Source: Eledone cirrhosa (Eukaryota). From it: a stretch of 64,000 bases of DNA. Position 1 is the first letter of the stretch; each line of letters opens with the position of its first letter. Below are positions 1 to 15,000 of the stretch, in pieces. The position numbers and the translations under genes are program-made. The stretch lies in contig OZ024740.1 of NCBI GenBank assembly GCA_964016885.1, positions 442,556,001-442,620,000 of the forward strand. Direction: 5' to 3'. The notes under the pieces are model-generated. The model was given only the letters and a program-made list of their open reading frames with translations, ran no database searches and was not told the origin of the DNA.

Positions 1-3000
1 TAGGAGTATAGTGTAGGTGAGTGAAGGAATATAGTGAAGGTGAGTGTAGGAATATGGTGTAGGTGAGAGTAGAAGTATACTGTAAGTGAGTTTATGAGTA
101 TAGTGTAGGTGAGTGTAGGAGTATGGTGTAGATGAGTGTAGGGCTATATTGTAGGTGAGTGTAGGAGTATCGTGTTGGTGCGTGTAGGATTATAGTGTAG
201 CTGAGTGTAGCAGTATAGTTTAGGTGGGTGTAGGAGTATTATGTAGGTGAGTGTAAGAGTATAGAGTAGGTGAGTGAAGGAATATAGTGTAGGTGAGTAG
301 GAGTATAGCGTAGGTGAGTGTAGGAGTATAGTGTAGGAATATACTGTAGGTGAGTGTAGGAGTATAGCGTAGGTGAGTGTAGGAGTATAGTGTAGGTGAG
401 TATAGGAGTATATTGTAGGTGAGTGTAGGCTATATTGTAAGTGAGTGTAGGATTATCGTGTTGGTGCGTGTAGGATTATAGTGTAGCTGAGTGTAGAGGT
501 ATAGATTAGGTGAGTGTAGGAGTATAGTGTGGGTGAGTGTAGGAGTATAGTGTAGGTGAGTGTAGGAGTATAGTGTAGGTGAGTGAAGAAATATAGTGTA
601 GGAGTATAGTGTAGGTGAGTGTAGGAGTACAGTGTAGGTGAGTTGGAGTATAGTGTAGGTGAGTGTAGGAGTATAGTGTAGGTGAGTGTAGGAATATACT
701 GTAGGTGACTGTAGGAGTATAGAGTAGGTGAGTGTAGGAGTATAATGTAGGTGGGTGTAGGAGTATAGTGTAGGTGGGTGTAGGAGTATATTGTATGTGA
801 GTGTAGGAATATACTGTAGGTGAGTGTTGGAGTATAGTGTAGGTGAGTGTAGCAGTTTAGTGTAGGTGAGTGTAGGAGTATAGTGGATTAGGTGAGTGTA
901 GGAGTATAGTGTAGGTGAATGTAGGAGTATAGTGTAGGTGAGTGTAGCAATATAGTGTAGGTGAGTGTAGGAGTATAGTGTAGGTGATTCTAGGAGTGTA
1001 GTTTAGTTGAGTGTAGGAGTATCTTGTAGGTGAGTGTAGGAGTATAGTGTAGGTGAGTGTAAGAGTATAGTGTAGGTGAGTTTAGGAGTATAGTGCAGGT
1101 GAGTGTAGGAGTATAGTGTAGGTGAGTGTAGGAGAATACTGTAGTTGAGTGTAGGAGTATAGTGTAGGTGAGTGTAGGAGTATAGTGTAGGTGAGTGTAG
1201 AAGTATAGTGTAGGTGAGTATAGGAGTATACTGTAGGTGAATGTGGGAGTATAGTGTAGGTGAGTGTAGGAGTATAGTGTAGGTGAGTTTAGGAATATAG
1301 TGTAGGTGAGTGTAGGAGTATACTGTAGGTGAGTGTAGGAGTATAGTGTAGGTGGGTGTAGGTGAGTTTAGGAGTATAGTGCAGGTGAGTGTAGGTGTAT
1401 AGTTTAGGTGAGTGTAGGAGTATAGTGCAGGTGAGTGTAGGTGTATAGTGTAGGTGAGTGTAGGAGTATAGTGTAGGTGAGTGTAGGAGTATAGTGTAGG
1501 TGAGTGTAGGAGTATAGTGTAGGTGAGTGTAGAAGTATAGTGTAGGTGAGTATAGGAGTATACTGTAGGTGAATGTGGGAGTATAGTGTAGGTGAGTGTA
1601 GGAGTATAGTGTAAGTGAGTGTAGGAGTATACTGTAGGTGAGTGTAGGAATATAGTGTATGTGAGTGTAGGAATATATTCTAGGTGATTGTTGGTGTATA
1701 GTTCAGGTGAGTGTAGGAGTATAGTGTAGGTGAGTGTAGGAGTTTAGTGTAGGTGTGTGTAGGAGTATAGTGTAGATGTGTGTAGCAGTTTAGTGTAGGT
1801 GCGTGTAGGAGTATAGTGTAGGTGAGTGTACGAGTATAGTGTAGGTGAGTGTAGGAGTATAGTGTAGGTGAGTGTAGAAGTATACTGTAAGTGAGTGTAT
1901 GAGTATAGTGTAGGTGGGTGTAGGAGTATAGTGTAGGTGAGTGTAAGAGTAAAGTGTAGGTGAGTGAAGGAATATAGTGTAGGAGTATATTGTAGGTGGG
2001 TGTAGGAGTATAGTGTAGGTGGGTGTAGGAGTATATTGTAGCTGGGTGTAGGAGTATATTGTAGGTGAGTGTAGGAGTATAGTGGAGGTGAGTATAGGAG
2101 TATAGTGTAGAGTAGTGTAGGAATATAGTGTAGGTGAGTGTAGGCGTATAGTCTAGGTGAGTGTAGGAGTTTAGTGTAGGTGAATGTAGGAGTATAGTGT
2201 AGGTGAGTGTAGGAATATAGTGTAGGTGAGTGTAGGAGTATAGTGTAGGTGAGTGTAGGAGTATAGTGTAGGTGAGTGTAGGAGTTTAGTGTAGGTGAGT
2301 GTAGGAGTTTAGTGTAGGTGAGTGTAGGAGTTTAGTGTAGGTGAGTGTAGGAGTTTAGTGTAGGTGAGTTTAGGAATATAGTGCAGGTGAGTGTAGGAGT
2401 ATAGTGTAGGTGAGTGTAGGAGTATAGTGGAGGTGAGTGTAGGAGTATAGTGTAGGTGAGTGTAGGAGTATAGTGTAGGTGAGTATAGGAGTATAGTGTA
2501 GGTGAGTGTAGCAGTTTAGTTTAGGTGAGTGTAGGAGTATACTGTAGGTGAGTGTAGGAGTTTAGTGTAGATGAGTGTAGGAATATAGTGTAGGTGAATG
2601 TAGGAGTATAGTGTAGGTGAGTGTAGCAATATAGTGTAGGTGAGTGTAGGAGTATAGTGTAGGTGGGTCTAGGAGTATTGGTTAGTTGAGTGTAGGAGTA
2701 TCTTGTAGGTGAGTGTAGGAGTATAGTGTAGTTGAGTGTAAGAGTATAGTGTAGGTGAGTGTAGGTGTATAGTGTAGGTGAGTTTACGAGTATAGTGCAA
2801 GTGAGTGTAGGAGTATAGTTTACGTTTCAGTCTAGGAGTATAATTTAGGTGAGTTTAGGACTATCCTTCTAGGTGAGTGTAGAAGTATAGAGTAGGTGAG
2901 TTTAGGAATATAGTGTAGGTGAGTGCAGGAGGATACTGTAGGTGAGTGTAGGAGTATCGTTTATCTGAGTGTAGGTGTATAGTGTAGGTGAGTTTAGGAG

Positions 3001-6000
3001 TATAGTGCAGGTGAGTGTAGGTGTATAGTTTAGGTGAGTGTAGGAGTATAGTGCAGGTGAGTGTAGGTGTATTGTGTAGGTGAGTGTAGGAGTATAGTGT
3101 AGATGAGTGTAGAAGTATAGTGTAAGCGAGTATAGGAGTATAGTGTAGGTGAATGTAGGAGTATAGTGTAGGTGAGTGTAGAGGTATAGTGTAGGTGAGT
3201 GTAGGAGTATAGTGTAGGTGAGTGTAGGAGTATATTCTAGGTGATCGTTGCAGTATAGTTTAGGTGACTGTAGGAGTATAGTGTAGGTGAGTGAAGGAAT
3301 ATAGTGAAGGTGAGTGTAGGAATATGGTGTAGGTGAGAGTAGAAGTATACTGTAAGTGAGTTTATGAGTATAGTGTAGGTGAGTGTAGGAGTATGGTGTA
3401 GATGAGTGTAGGGCTATATTGTAGGTGAGTGTAGGAGTATCGTGTTGGTGCGTGTAGGATTATAGTGTAGCTGAGTGTAGCAGTATAGTTTAGGTGGGTG
3501 TAGGAGTATTATGTAGGTGAGTGTAAGAGTATAGAGTAGGTGAGTGAAGGAATATAGTGTAGGAGTATAGTGTAGGTGAGTAGGAGTATAGCGTAGGTGA
3601 GTGTAGGAGTATAGTGTAGGTGAGTGTAGGAATATACTGTAGGTGAGTGTAGGAGTATAGCGTAGGTGAGTGTAGGAGTATAGTGTAGGTGAGTATAGGA
3701 GTATATTGTAGGTGAGTGTAGGCTATATTGTAAGTGAGTGTAGGAGTATCGTGTTGGTGCGTGTAGGAGTATATTGTAGGTGAGTGTAGGAATATACTGT
3801 AGGTGAGTGTTGGAGTATAGTGTAGGTGAGTGTAGGAGTTTAGTGTAGGTGAGTGTAGGAGTATAGTGTAGGTGAGTGTAGGAATATAGAGTAAGTGAGT
3901 GTAGGAGTATAGTGTAGTTGAGTGTAGGAATATAGAGTAGGTGAGTGTAGTAGTATAGTGGAGGCGAGTATAGGAGTATAGTGTAGGTGAGTGTAGGAAT
4001 ATAGTGTAGGTGGGTGTAGGACTGTAGTGTAAGTGAGTTTAGGAATATAGTGTAGGTGAGTGTAGGAGTATAGCGTAGGTGAGTATAGGAGTATAGTCTA
4101 GGTAAGTGTAGGAATATAGTTTAGGTGAGTGTAGGAGTATAGTGTAGGTGAGTGTAGGAGTTTAGTGTAGGAGAGTGTAGGAGTATAGTGTATGTGAGTG
4201 TAGGAATATAGTGTAGGTGAGTGTAGGAGTTTAGTGTAGGAATATAGTGTAGGTGAGTGTAGGAGTATAGTGTAGGTGAGTGTAGGAGTTTAGTGTAGGT
4301 GAGTGTAGGAGTATACTGTAGGTGAATGTAGGAGCTTAGATTAGGTGAATGTAGGAATATAGTGCAGGTGAGTGTAGAAGTATAGTGTAGGTGAGTGTAG
4401 GAATATAGTGTAGGTGAGTGTAGGGGTATAGTGTTGGTGATTGTAGGAGTATAGTGTAGGTGAGTGTAGGAGTATAGTGTAGATGAGTGTAGGAGTATAG
4501 TGTAGGTGAGTGTATGAGTTTAGTGTAGGTGAGTGTAGGAGTTTAGTGTTGGTGAGTGTTAGAGTATACTGTAGGTGAGTGTAGGAATATAGTGTAGGTG
4601 AGTGTAGGAGTTTAGTGTAGGTCAGTGTAGGAGTATAGTGTAGATGAGTGTAGGAGTATAGTGTAGGTGAGTGTAGGAGTATAGTGTAGGTGAGTGTAGG
4701 AGTTTAGTGTAGGTGAGTGTAGGAGTATAGTGTATGTGAGTGTAGGAATATAGTGTAGGTGAGTGTAGGAGTTTAGTGTAGGAATATAGTGTAGGTGAGT
4801 GTAGGTGTATAGTGTAGGTGATTTTAAAAGTATAGTGCAGGTGAGTGTAGGAGTATAGTGTAGGTGAGTGAAGGAATATAGTGTAGGTGAGTGTAGGAGT
4901 ATAGTGTAGGTGAGGGTAGGAGTATACTGTAGGTGAGTGTAGGAATATAGTGTAGGTGAGTGTAGGAGTTTAGTGTAGGTGAGTGTAGGAGTATAGTGTA
5001 GGTGAGTGTAGGAATATAGTGTAGGTGATTTTTGGAGTATAGTTTAGGGGAGTGTAGGAGTATTATGTAGGTGAGTGAAGGAGTATAGTGAAGGTGAGTG
5101 TCGGAATATAGTGTAGGTGAGTGTAGGAGTTTAGTGTAGGTGTGTGTAGGAATATAGTGTAGGTGAGTGTAGGAGTATAGTGTAGATGAGTGTAGGAGTT
5201 TAGTGTAGGTGCGTGTAGGAGTAAAGTGTAGGTGAGTGTACGAGTATAGTGTAGGTGAGTGTAGGAGTATGGTGTAGCCGAGTGTAGGAGTATAGTGTAG
5301 ATGAGTGTAGGAGTATACTGTAAGTGAGTGTATGAGTATATTGTAGGTGAGTGTAGGAGTATAGTGTAGGTGAGTGTAGGCTATATTGTAGGTGAGTGTA
5401 GGAGTATCGTGTTGGTGCGTGTAGGATTATAGTGTAGCTGAGTGTAGCAGTATAGTTTAGGTGAGTGTAGGAGTATATTTTGGGTGAGTGTAGGAGTATA
5501 GTGTAGGTGAGTGTAGGAGTATAGTGTAGGTGAGTGTTGGAGTATAGTGTAGGTGATTGTAGGAGTATAGTGTAGGTGGGTGTAGGAGTATAGTGTAGCT
5601 GGGTGTAGGAGTATATTGTAGTTGAGTATAGGAGTATACTGTAGGTGAGTGTTGGAGTATAGTGTAGGTGAGTGAAGGAGTTTAGTGTAGGTGAGTGTAG
5701 GAGTATAGAGTAGGTGAGTGTAGGAGTATAGTGTAGGTGGGTCTAGGAGTATAGTGTAGGTGAGTGTAGCAATATAGTGTAAGTGAGTGTAGGAGTATAG
5801 TGTAGTTGAGTGTAAGAATATAGTGAAGGTGGGTGTAGGACTATAGTGTAGGTGAGTGTAGTAGTACAGTGGAGGTGAGTATAGGAGTATAGTGTAGGTC
5901 AGTGTAGGAATATAGCGTAGGTGGGTGTAGGACTAAAGTGTAGGTGAGTCTAGGAGTATAGTGGAGGTGAGTATAGGAGTATATTGTAGGTGAGTGTAGG

Positions 6001-9000
6001 AATATAGTGTAGGTGATTGTAGGAGTATAGTGTAGGTGAGTGTAGGAGTATAGTGTAGGTGAGTGTAGGAGTTTAGTGTAGATGAGTGTAGGAGTTTAGT
6101 GTAGGTGAGTGTAGGAGTATGCTGTAGGTCAGTGTACGAGTTTAGTGTAGGTGAGTGTAGGAGTATAGTGTAGGTGAGTGTAAGAGTATAGTGTAGGTGA
6201 GTGTAGGTGGGTGTAGGAGTATAGTGTAGGTGGGTGTAGGAGAATATATTGTAGGTGAGTGTAGGAGTATACTGTAGGTGAGTGTTGGAGTATAGTGTAG
6301 GTGAGTGTAGGAGTTTAGTGTAGGTGAGTGTAGGAATATAGTGTATGTGAGTGTAGGAGTATAGAGATAGTTGAGTGTATGAATATGGTGTAGGTGGGTG
6401 TAGGACTATAGTGTAGGTAAGTGTAGTAGTATAGTGGAGGTGAGTATAGGAGTATAGTGTAGATGAGTGTAGGAATATAGTGTAGGTGGGTGTAGGACTG
6501 TAGTGTAAGTGAGTGTAGGAGTTTAGTGTAGGTGAGTGTAGGAATATAGTGTAGGTGAGTGTAGGAATATAGTGTAGGTGAGTGTAGGAGTTTAGTGTAG
6601 GTGAGTGTAGGAATATAGTGTAGGTGAGTGTAGGAATATAGTGTAGGTGATTGTAGGAGTATAGTGTAGGTGAGTGTAGGAGTATAGTGTAGGTGAGTGT
6701 AGGAGTTTAGTGTAGGTGAGTGTAGGAGTATAGTGTAGGTGAGTGTAGGAATATGGTGTAGGTGAGTGTAGGAATATAGTGTAGGTAATTGTAGGAGTAT
6801 AGTGTAGGTGACTGTAGGAGTATAGTCTAGGTGAGTTTAGGAGTTTAGTGTAGGTGAGTGTAGGAGTATAGTGTAGTTGAGTGTAGGAATATAGTGTAGG
6901 TGAGTGTAGGAGTATAGTGTAGGTGAGTGTAGGCGTATAGTGTAGGTGAGTGTAGGAGTATAGTGTAGGTAAGTGTAGGAGTATAGTGTAGGTGAGTATA
7001 GGAGTTTAGTGTAGGTGAGTGTAGGAGTTTAGTGTAGGTGAGTGTAGCAGTATACTGTAGGTGAGTGTAGGAGTTTAGTGTAGGTGAGTGTTGGAGTATA
7101 CTGTATGTGAGTGTGGGAGTTTAGTGTAGGTGAGTGTAGGAATATAGTGGATTAGGTGAGTGTAGGAGTATAGTGTAGGTGAATGTAGGAGTATAGTGTA
7201 GGTGAGTGTAGCAATATAGTGTAGGTGAGTGTAGGAGTATAGTGTAGGTGATTCTAGGAGTATAGTTTAGTTGAGTGTAGGAGTATCTTGTAGGTGAATG
7301 TAGGAGTATAGTGTAGGTGATTCTAGGAGTATAGTTTAGTTGAGTGTAGGAGTATCTTGTAGGTGAATGTAGGAGTATAGTGTAGGTGAGTGTAAGAGTA
7401 TAGTGTAGGTGAGTTTAGGAGTATAGTGCAGGTGAGTGTAGGAGTATAGTGTAGGTGAGTGTAGGAGAATACTGTAGTTGAGTGTAGGAGTATAGTGTAG
7501 GTGAGTGTAGGAGTATAGTGTAGGTGAGTGTAGAAGTATAGTGTAGGTGAGTATAGGAGTATACTGTAGGTGAATGTGGGAGTATAGTGTAGGTGAGTGT
7601 AGGAGTATAGTGTAGGTGAGTTTAGGAATATAGTGTAGGTGAGTGTAGGAGTATACTGTAGGTGAGTGTAGGAGTATAGTTTAGGTGGGTGTAGGTGAGT
7701 TTAGGAGTATATTGCAGGTGAGTGTAGGTGTATAATTTAGGTGAGTGTAGGAGTATAGTGCAGGTGAGTGTAGGTGTATAGTGTAGGTGAGTGTAGGAGT
7801 ATAGTGTAGGTGAGTGTAGGAGTATAGTGTAGGTGAGTGTAGGAGTATAGTGTAGGTGAGTGTAGAAGTATAGTGTAGGTGAGTATAGGAGTATACTGTA
7901 GGTGAATGTGGGAGTATAGTGTAGGTGAGTGTAGGAGTATAGTGTAAGTGAGTGTAGGAGTATACTGTAGGTGAGTGTAGGAATATAGTGTATGTGAGTG
8001 TAGGAATATATTCTAGGTGATTGTTGGTGTATAGTTCAGGTGAGTGTAGGAGTATAGTGTAGGTGAGTTTAGGAGTTTAGTGTAGGTGTGTGTAGGAGTA
8101 TAGTGTAGGTGAGTGTAAGTGTAAAGTGTAGGTGAGTGAAGGAATATAGTGTAGGAGTATAGTGTAGGTGGGTGTAGGAGTATAGTGTAGGTGGGTGTAG
8201 GAGTATATTGTAGGTGGGTGTAGGAGTATATTGTAGGTGAGTGTAGGAGTATAGTGGAGGTGAGTATAGGAGTATAGTGTAGAGTAGTGTAGGAATATAG
8301 TATAGGTGAGTGTAGCCGTATAGTCTAGGTGAGTGTAGGAGTTTAGTGTAGGTGAGTGTAGGAGTATAGTGTAGGTGAGTGTAGGAATATAGTGTAGGTG
8401 AGTGTAGGAGTATAGTGTAGGTGAGTGTAGGAGTATAGTGTAGGTGAGTGTAGGAAATAGTGTAGGTGAGTGTAGGAGTATAGTGTAGGTGAGTGTAGGA
8501 GTATAGTGTAGGTGAGTATAGGAGTATAGTGTAGGTGAGTGTAGGAGTAGAGTGTAGGTGAGTGTAGCAGTTTAGTTTAGGTGAGTGTAGGAGTTTAGTG
8601 TAGGTGAGTGTAGGAGTATACTGTAGGTGAGTGTAGGAGTTTAGTGTAGATGAGTGTAGGAATATAGTGTAGGTGAATGTAGGAGTATAGTGTAGGTGAG
8701 TGTAGCAATATAGTGTAGGTGAGTGTAGGAGTATAGTGTAGGTGGGTCTAGGAGTATTGGTTAGTTGAGTGTAGGAGTATCTTGTAGGTGAGTGTAGGAG
8801 TATAGTGTAGTTGAGTGTAAGAGTATAGTGTAGGTGAGTGTAGGTGTATAGTGTAGGTGAGTTTACGAGTATAGTGCAGGTGAGTGTAGGAGTATAGTTT
8901 ACGTTTCAGTCTAGGAGTATAATTTAGGTGAGTTTAGGACTATCCTTCTAGGTGAGTGTAGAAGTATAGAGTAGGTGAGTTTAGGAATATAGTGTAGGTG

Positions 9001-12000
9001 AGTGCAGGAGTATACTGTAGGTGAATGTAGGAGTATCGTTTATGTGAGTGTAGGTGTATAGTGTAGGTGAGTTTAGGAGTATAGTGCAGGTGAGTGTAGG
9101 TGTATAGTTTAGGTGAGTGTAGGAGTATAGTGCAGGTGAGTTTAGGTGTATTGTGTAGGTGAGTGTAGGAGTATAGTGTAGATGAGTGTAGAAGTATAAT
9201 GTAGGCGAGTATAGGAGTATAGTGTAGGTGAATGTAGGAGTATAGTGTAGGTGAGTGTAGAGGTATGGTGTAGGTGAGTGTAGGAGTATAGTGTAGGTGA
9301 GTGTAGGAGTATACTGTAGGTGAGTGTAGGAATATAGTGTAGGTGAGTGTAACGAGTTTAGTGTAGGTGAGTGAAGGAGTATAGTGTAGGTGAGTGTAGG
9401 AATATATTCTAGGTGATCGTTGCAGTATAGTTTAGGTGACTGTAGGAGTATAGTGTAGGTGAGTGAAGGAATATAGTGAAGGTGAGTGTAGGAATATGGT
9501 GTAGGTGAGAGTAGAAGTATACTGTAGGTGAGTGTAGGAGTATAGCGTAGGTGAGTGTAGGAGTATAGTGTAGGTGAGTATAGGAGTATATTGTAGGTGA
9601 GTGTAGGCTATATTGTAAGTGAGTGTAGGAGTATCGTGTTGGTGCGTGTAGGATTATAGTGTAGCTGAGTGTAGCAGTATAGATTAGGTGAGTGTAGGAG
9701 TATAGTGTGGGTGAGTGTAGGAGTATAGTGTAGGTGAGTGTAGGAGTATAGTGTAGGTGAGTGTAGGAGTATAGTGTAGGTGAGTTTAGGAATATACTGT
9801 AGGTGAGTGTAGGAGTATAGCGTAGGTGAGTGTAGGAGTATAGTGTAGGTGAGTATAGGAGTATTATGTAGGTGAGTGTAAGAGTATAGAGTAGGTGAGT
9901 GAAGGAATATAGTGTAGGAGTATAGTGTAGGTGAGTAGGAGTATAGCGTAGGTGAGTGTAGGAGTATAGTGTAGGTGAGTGTAGGAATATACTGTAGGTG
10001 AGTGTAGGAGTATAGCGTAGGTGAGTGTAGGAGTATAGTGTAGGTGAGTATAGGAGTATATTGTAGGTGAGTGTAGGCTATATTGTAAGTGAGTGTAGGA
10101 GTATCGTGTTGGTGCGTGTAGGATTATAGTGTAGCTGAGTGTAGCAGTATAGATTAGGTGAGTGTAGGAGTATAGTGTGGGTGAGTGTAGGAGTATAGTG
10201 TAGGTGAGTGTAGGAGTATAGTGTAGGTGAGTGAAGAAATATAGTGTAGGAGTATAGTGTAGGTGAGTGTAGGAGTATAGTGTAGGTGAGTTGGAGTATA
10301 GTGTAGGTGAGTGTAGGAGTATAGTGTAGGTGAGTGTAGGAATATACTGTAGGTGACTGTAGGAGTATAGAGTAGGTGAGTGTAGGAGTATAATGTAGGT
10401 GGGTGTAGGAGTATAGTGTAGGTGGGTGTAGGAGTATATTGTAGGTGAGTGTAGGAATATACTGTAGGTGAGTGTTGGATTATAGTGTAGGTGAGTGTAG
10501 GAGTTTAGTGTAGGTGAGTGTAGGAGTATAGTGTAGGTGAGTGTAGGAATATAGAGTAAGTGAGTGTAGGAGTATAGTGTAGTTGAGTGTAGGAATATAG
10601 AGTAGGTGAGTTTAGTAGTATAGTGGAGGCGAGTATAGGAGTATAGTGTAGGTGAGTGTAGGAATATAGTGTAGGTGGGTGTAGGACTGTAGTGTAAGTG
10701 AGTGTAGGAATATAGTGTAGGTGAGTGTAGGAGTATAGTCTAGGTGAGTATAGGAGTATAGTCTAGGTAAGTGTAGGAATATAGTTCAGGTGAGTGTAGG
10801 AGTATAGTGTAGGTGAGTGTAGGAGTTTAGTGTAGGTGAGTGTAGGAGTATAGTGTATGTGAGTGTAGGAATATAGTGTAGGTGAGTGTAGGAGTTTAGT
10901 GTAGGAATATAGTGTAGGTGAGTGTAGGAGTATAGTGTAGGTGAGTGTAGGAGTTTAGTGTAGGTGAGTGTAGGAGTATACTGTAGGTGAATGTAGGAGC
11001 TTAGATTAGGTGAGTGTAGGAATATAGTGCAGGTGAGTGTAGGAGTATAGTGTAGGTGAGTGTAGGAATATAGTGTAGGTGAGTGTAGGGGTATAGTGTT
11101 GGTGATTGTAGGAGTATAGTGTAGGTGAGTGTAGGAGTATAGTGTAGATGAGTGTAGGAGTATAGTGCAGGTGAATGTAGGAGTATAGTGTAGGTGAGTG
11201 TAGCAATATAGTGTAGGTGAGTGTTAGAGTATAGTGTAGGTGAGTCTAGGAGTATAATTTAGTTGAGTGTAGGAGTATCTTGTAGGTGAGTGTAGGAGTA
11301 TAGTGTAGGTGAGTGTAAGAGTATAGTGTAGGTGAGTGTAGCTGTATAGTGTAGGTGAGTTTAGGAGTATAGTGCAGGTGAGTGTAGGAGTATAGTTTAA
11401 GTTTCAGTCTAGGAGTATAATTTAGGTGAGTTTAGGACTATCCTTCTAGGTGAGTGTAGAAGTATAGTGTAGGTGAGTTTGGGTATATAGTGTAGGTGAG
11501 TGTAGGAGTATACTGTAGGTGAGTGTAGGAGTATAGACTAGGTGGGTGTAGGTGAGTTTAGGAGTATAGTGCAGGTGAGTGTAGGTGTATAGTGTAGGTG
11601 AGTGTAGCAGTATAGTGTAGGTGAGTGTAGGAGTATAGTGTAGGTGATTGTAGGAATATAGTGTAGGTGAGTGTAACGAGTTTAGTGTAGGTGAGTGTAG
11701 GAGTATAGTGTAGGTGAGTGTAGGAATATATTCTAGGTGATTGTTGGTGTATAGTTCAGGTGAGTGTAGGTGAGTGAAGGAGTATAGTGTAGGTGAGTGT
11801 AGGAATATGGTGTAGGTGAGTGTAGGAGTTTAGTGTAGGTGTGTGTAGGAGTATAGTATAGGTGAGTGTAGGAGTATAGTGTAGATGAGTGTAGCAGTTT
11901 AGTGTAGGTGCCTGTAGGAGTATAGTGTAGGTGAGTGTACGAGTATAGTGTAGGTGAGTGTAGGAGTATAGTGTAGCCGAGTGTAGGAGTACATTGTAGG

Positions 12001-15000
12001 TGAGTGTAGAAGTATACTGTAAGTGAGTGTATGAGTATAGTGTAGGTGAGTGTAGGAGTATAGTGTAGGTGAGTGTAGGGCTATATTGTAGGTTAGTGTA
12101 TGAGTATCGTGTTGGTGAGTGTAGGAGTTTAGTGTAGGTGAGTGTAGGAGTATAGTGTAGGTGAGTGTAGGAGTATAGTGGAGGTGGGTGTAGGAGTATA
12201 GTGTAGGTGAATGTAGGAGCATAGTGTAGGTGAGTGTAAGAGGAAAGTGTAGGTGAGTTAAGGAATATAGTGTAGGAGTATAGCGTAGGTGAGTGTAGGA
12301 ATATACTGTAGGTGAGTGTAGGAATATAGTGTAGGGGGGTGTAGGAGTATATTGTAGGTGGGTGTAGGAGTATATTGTAGGTGAGTGTAGGAGTATAGTG
12401 GAGGTGAGTATAGGATTATAGTGTAGATGAGTGTAGGAATATAGTGTAGGTGAGTGTAGGAGTATAGTGTAGGTGAGTGTAGGAGTTTAGTGTAGGTGAG
12501 TGTAGGAATATAGTGTAGGTGAGTGTAGGAGTATAGTGTAGGTGAGTATAGGAGTATAGTGTAGGTGAGTGTAGGAGTATAGTGTAGGTAAGTGTAGGAG
12601 TTTAGTGTAGGTGAGTGTAAGAGTATACTGTAGGTAAGTGTAGGAGTTTAGTGTAGGTGAGTTTAGGAATATAGTGCAGGTGAGTGTAGGAGTATAGTGT
12701 AGATGAGTGTAGGAATATAGTGTAGGTGAGTGTAGGAGTATAGTGTAGGTGAGTGTAGGAGTATAGTGTAGGTGAGTGTAGGAAATTGTGTAGGTGAGTG
12801 TAGGAGTATAGTGGAGGTGAGTATAGGAGTATAGTGTAGATGAGTGTAGGTATATAGTGTAGGTGAGTGTATGAGTATAGTGTAGGTGAGTGTAGGAGTT
12901 TAGTGTAGGTGAGTGTAGGAGTTTGGTGTAGGTGAGTGTAGGAGTATACTGTAGGTAAGTGTAGGAGTTTAGTGTAGATGAGTGTAGGAATATAGTGTAG
13001 GTGAATGTAGGAGTATAGTGTAGGTGAGTGTAGCAATATAGTGTAGGTGTGTGTAGGAGTATAGTGTAGGTCAGTCTAGGAATATAGGTTAGTTGAGTTT
13101 AGGATTATCTTCTAGGTGAGTGTATGAGTATAGTGTAGGTGAGTGTAAGAGTATAGTGTAGGTGAGTGTAGGTGTATAGTGTAGGTGAGTTTAGGAGTAT
13201 AGTGCAGGTGAGTGTAGGAGTATAGTTTACGTTTCAGTCTAGGAGTATAATTTAGGTGAGTTTAGGACTATCCTTCTAGGTGAGTGTAGAAGTATAGTGT
13301 AGGTGAGTTTAGGAATATAGTGTAGGTGAGTGTAGGCGTATACTGTAGGTGAGTGTAGGAGTATAGTTTAGGTGAGTGTAGGTGTATATTGTTGGTGAGT
13401 TTAGGAGTATAGTGCAGGTGAGTGTAGTTGTATAGTTTAGTTGAGTGTAGGAGTATAGTGCTGGTCAGTGTAGGTGTATAGTGTAGGTGAGTGTGGGGGT
13501 ATAGTGTAGGTGAGTGTAGAAGTATAGTGTAGGCGAGTATAGGAGTATAGTGTATGTGAATGTAGGAGTATAGTGTAGGTGAGTGTAGGAGTATAGTGTA
13601 GGTAAGTGTAGGAGTATAGTGTAGGTGAGTGTAGGAGTATAGTGTAGGTGAGTGTAGGAATATAGTGTAGGTGAGTGTAACGAGTTTAGTGTAGGTGAGT
13701 GAATGAGTATAGTGTAGGTGAGTGTAGGAATATATTCTAGGTGATTGTTGGAGTATAGTGTAGGTGAGTGAAGGAATATAATGAAGGTGAGTGTAGGAAT
13801 ATGGTGTAGGTGAGTGTAGGAGTTTAGTGTAGGTGCGTGTAGGAGTATAGTGTAGGTGAGTGTACGAGTATAGTGTAGGTTAGTGTAGGACTATAGTGTA
13901 GCCGAGTGTAGGAGTACAGTGTAGGTGAGTGTAGAAGTATACTGTAAGTGAGTGTATGAGTATAGTGTAGGTGAGTGTAGGAGTATGGTGTAGATGAGTG
14001 TAGGGCTATATTGTAGGTGAGTGTAGGAGTATCGTGTTGGTGCGTGTAGGATTATAGTGTAGCTGAGTGTAGCAGTAGAGTTTAGGTGGGTGTAGGAGTA
14101 TAGTGTAGGTGAGTTGAGGAATATATTGTAGGTGAGTGTAGGACTATAGAGTAGGTGAGTGTAGGATTATAGTGTAGGTGGGTGTAGGAGTATAATGTAG
14201 CTGGGTGTAGGAGTATATTGTAGGTGAGTGTAGGAGTATAGTGGAGGTGGGTGTAGGAGTATAATGTAGGTGGGTGTAGGACTATAGTGTAGGTGAGTGT
14301 AGGAGTATAGTGGAGGTGAGTATAGGAGTATAGTGTAGATGAGTGTAGGAATATAGTGTAGGTGAGTGTAGGAGTATAGTGTAGGTGTGTGTAGGAGTTT
14401 AGTGTAGGTGAGTGTAGGAGTATAGTGTAGGTGAGTGTAGGAGTTTAGTGTAGGTGAGTGTAGGAATATAGTGTAGGTGAGTGTAGGAGTATAGTGAAGG
14501 TTAGTGTATGAAATAGTGTAGGTGAGTGTAGGAGTATAGTGGAGGTGAGTGTAGGAGTATAGTGTAGGTGAGTATAGGAGTTTAGTGTAGGTGAGTGTAG
14601 GAGTATACTGTAGGTGAATGTAGGAGTTTAGTGTAGATGAGTGTATGAATATAGTGTAGGTGAGTGTAGGAGTATAGTGTAGGTGAGTGTAAGAGTAAAG
14701 TGTAGGTGAGTGTAGGAGTATAGTGTAGCTGAGTGTAGGAGCTTAGTGTAGGTGAGTGTAGGAGTATACTGTAGGTGAGTGTAACTGTATAGTGTAGGTG
14801 AGTGTAGGAGTATAGTGTAGGTGAGTGTAGGAGCATAGTGTAGGTGAGTGTACTAGTATACTGTAGGTGAGTGTAACTGTATAGTGTAGGTGAGTGTAGG
14901 AGTATAGTGTAGGTGAGTGTAGGAGTATAGTGTAGGTGAGTGTAGGAGTTTAGTGTAGGTGAGTGTAGGAGTTTAGTGTAGGTGAGTGTAGGAGTATATT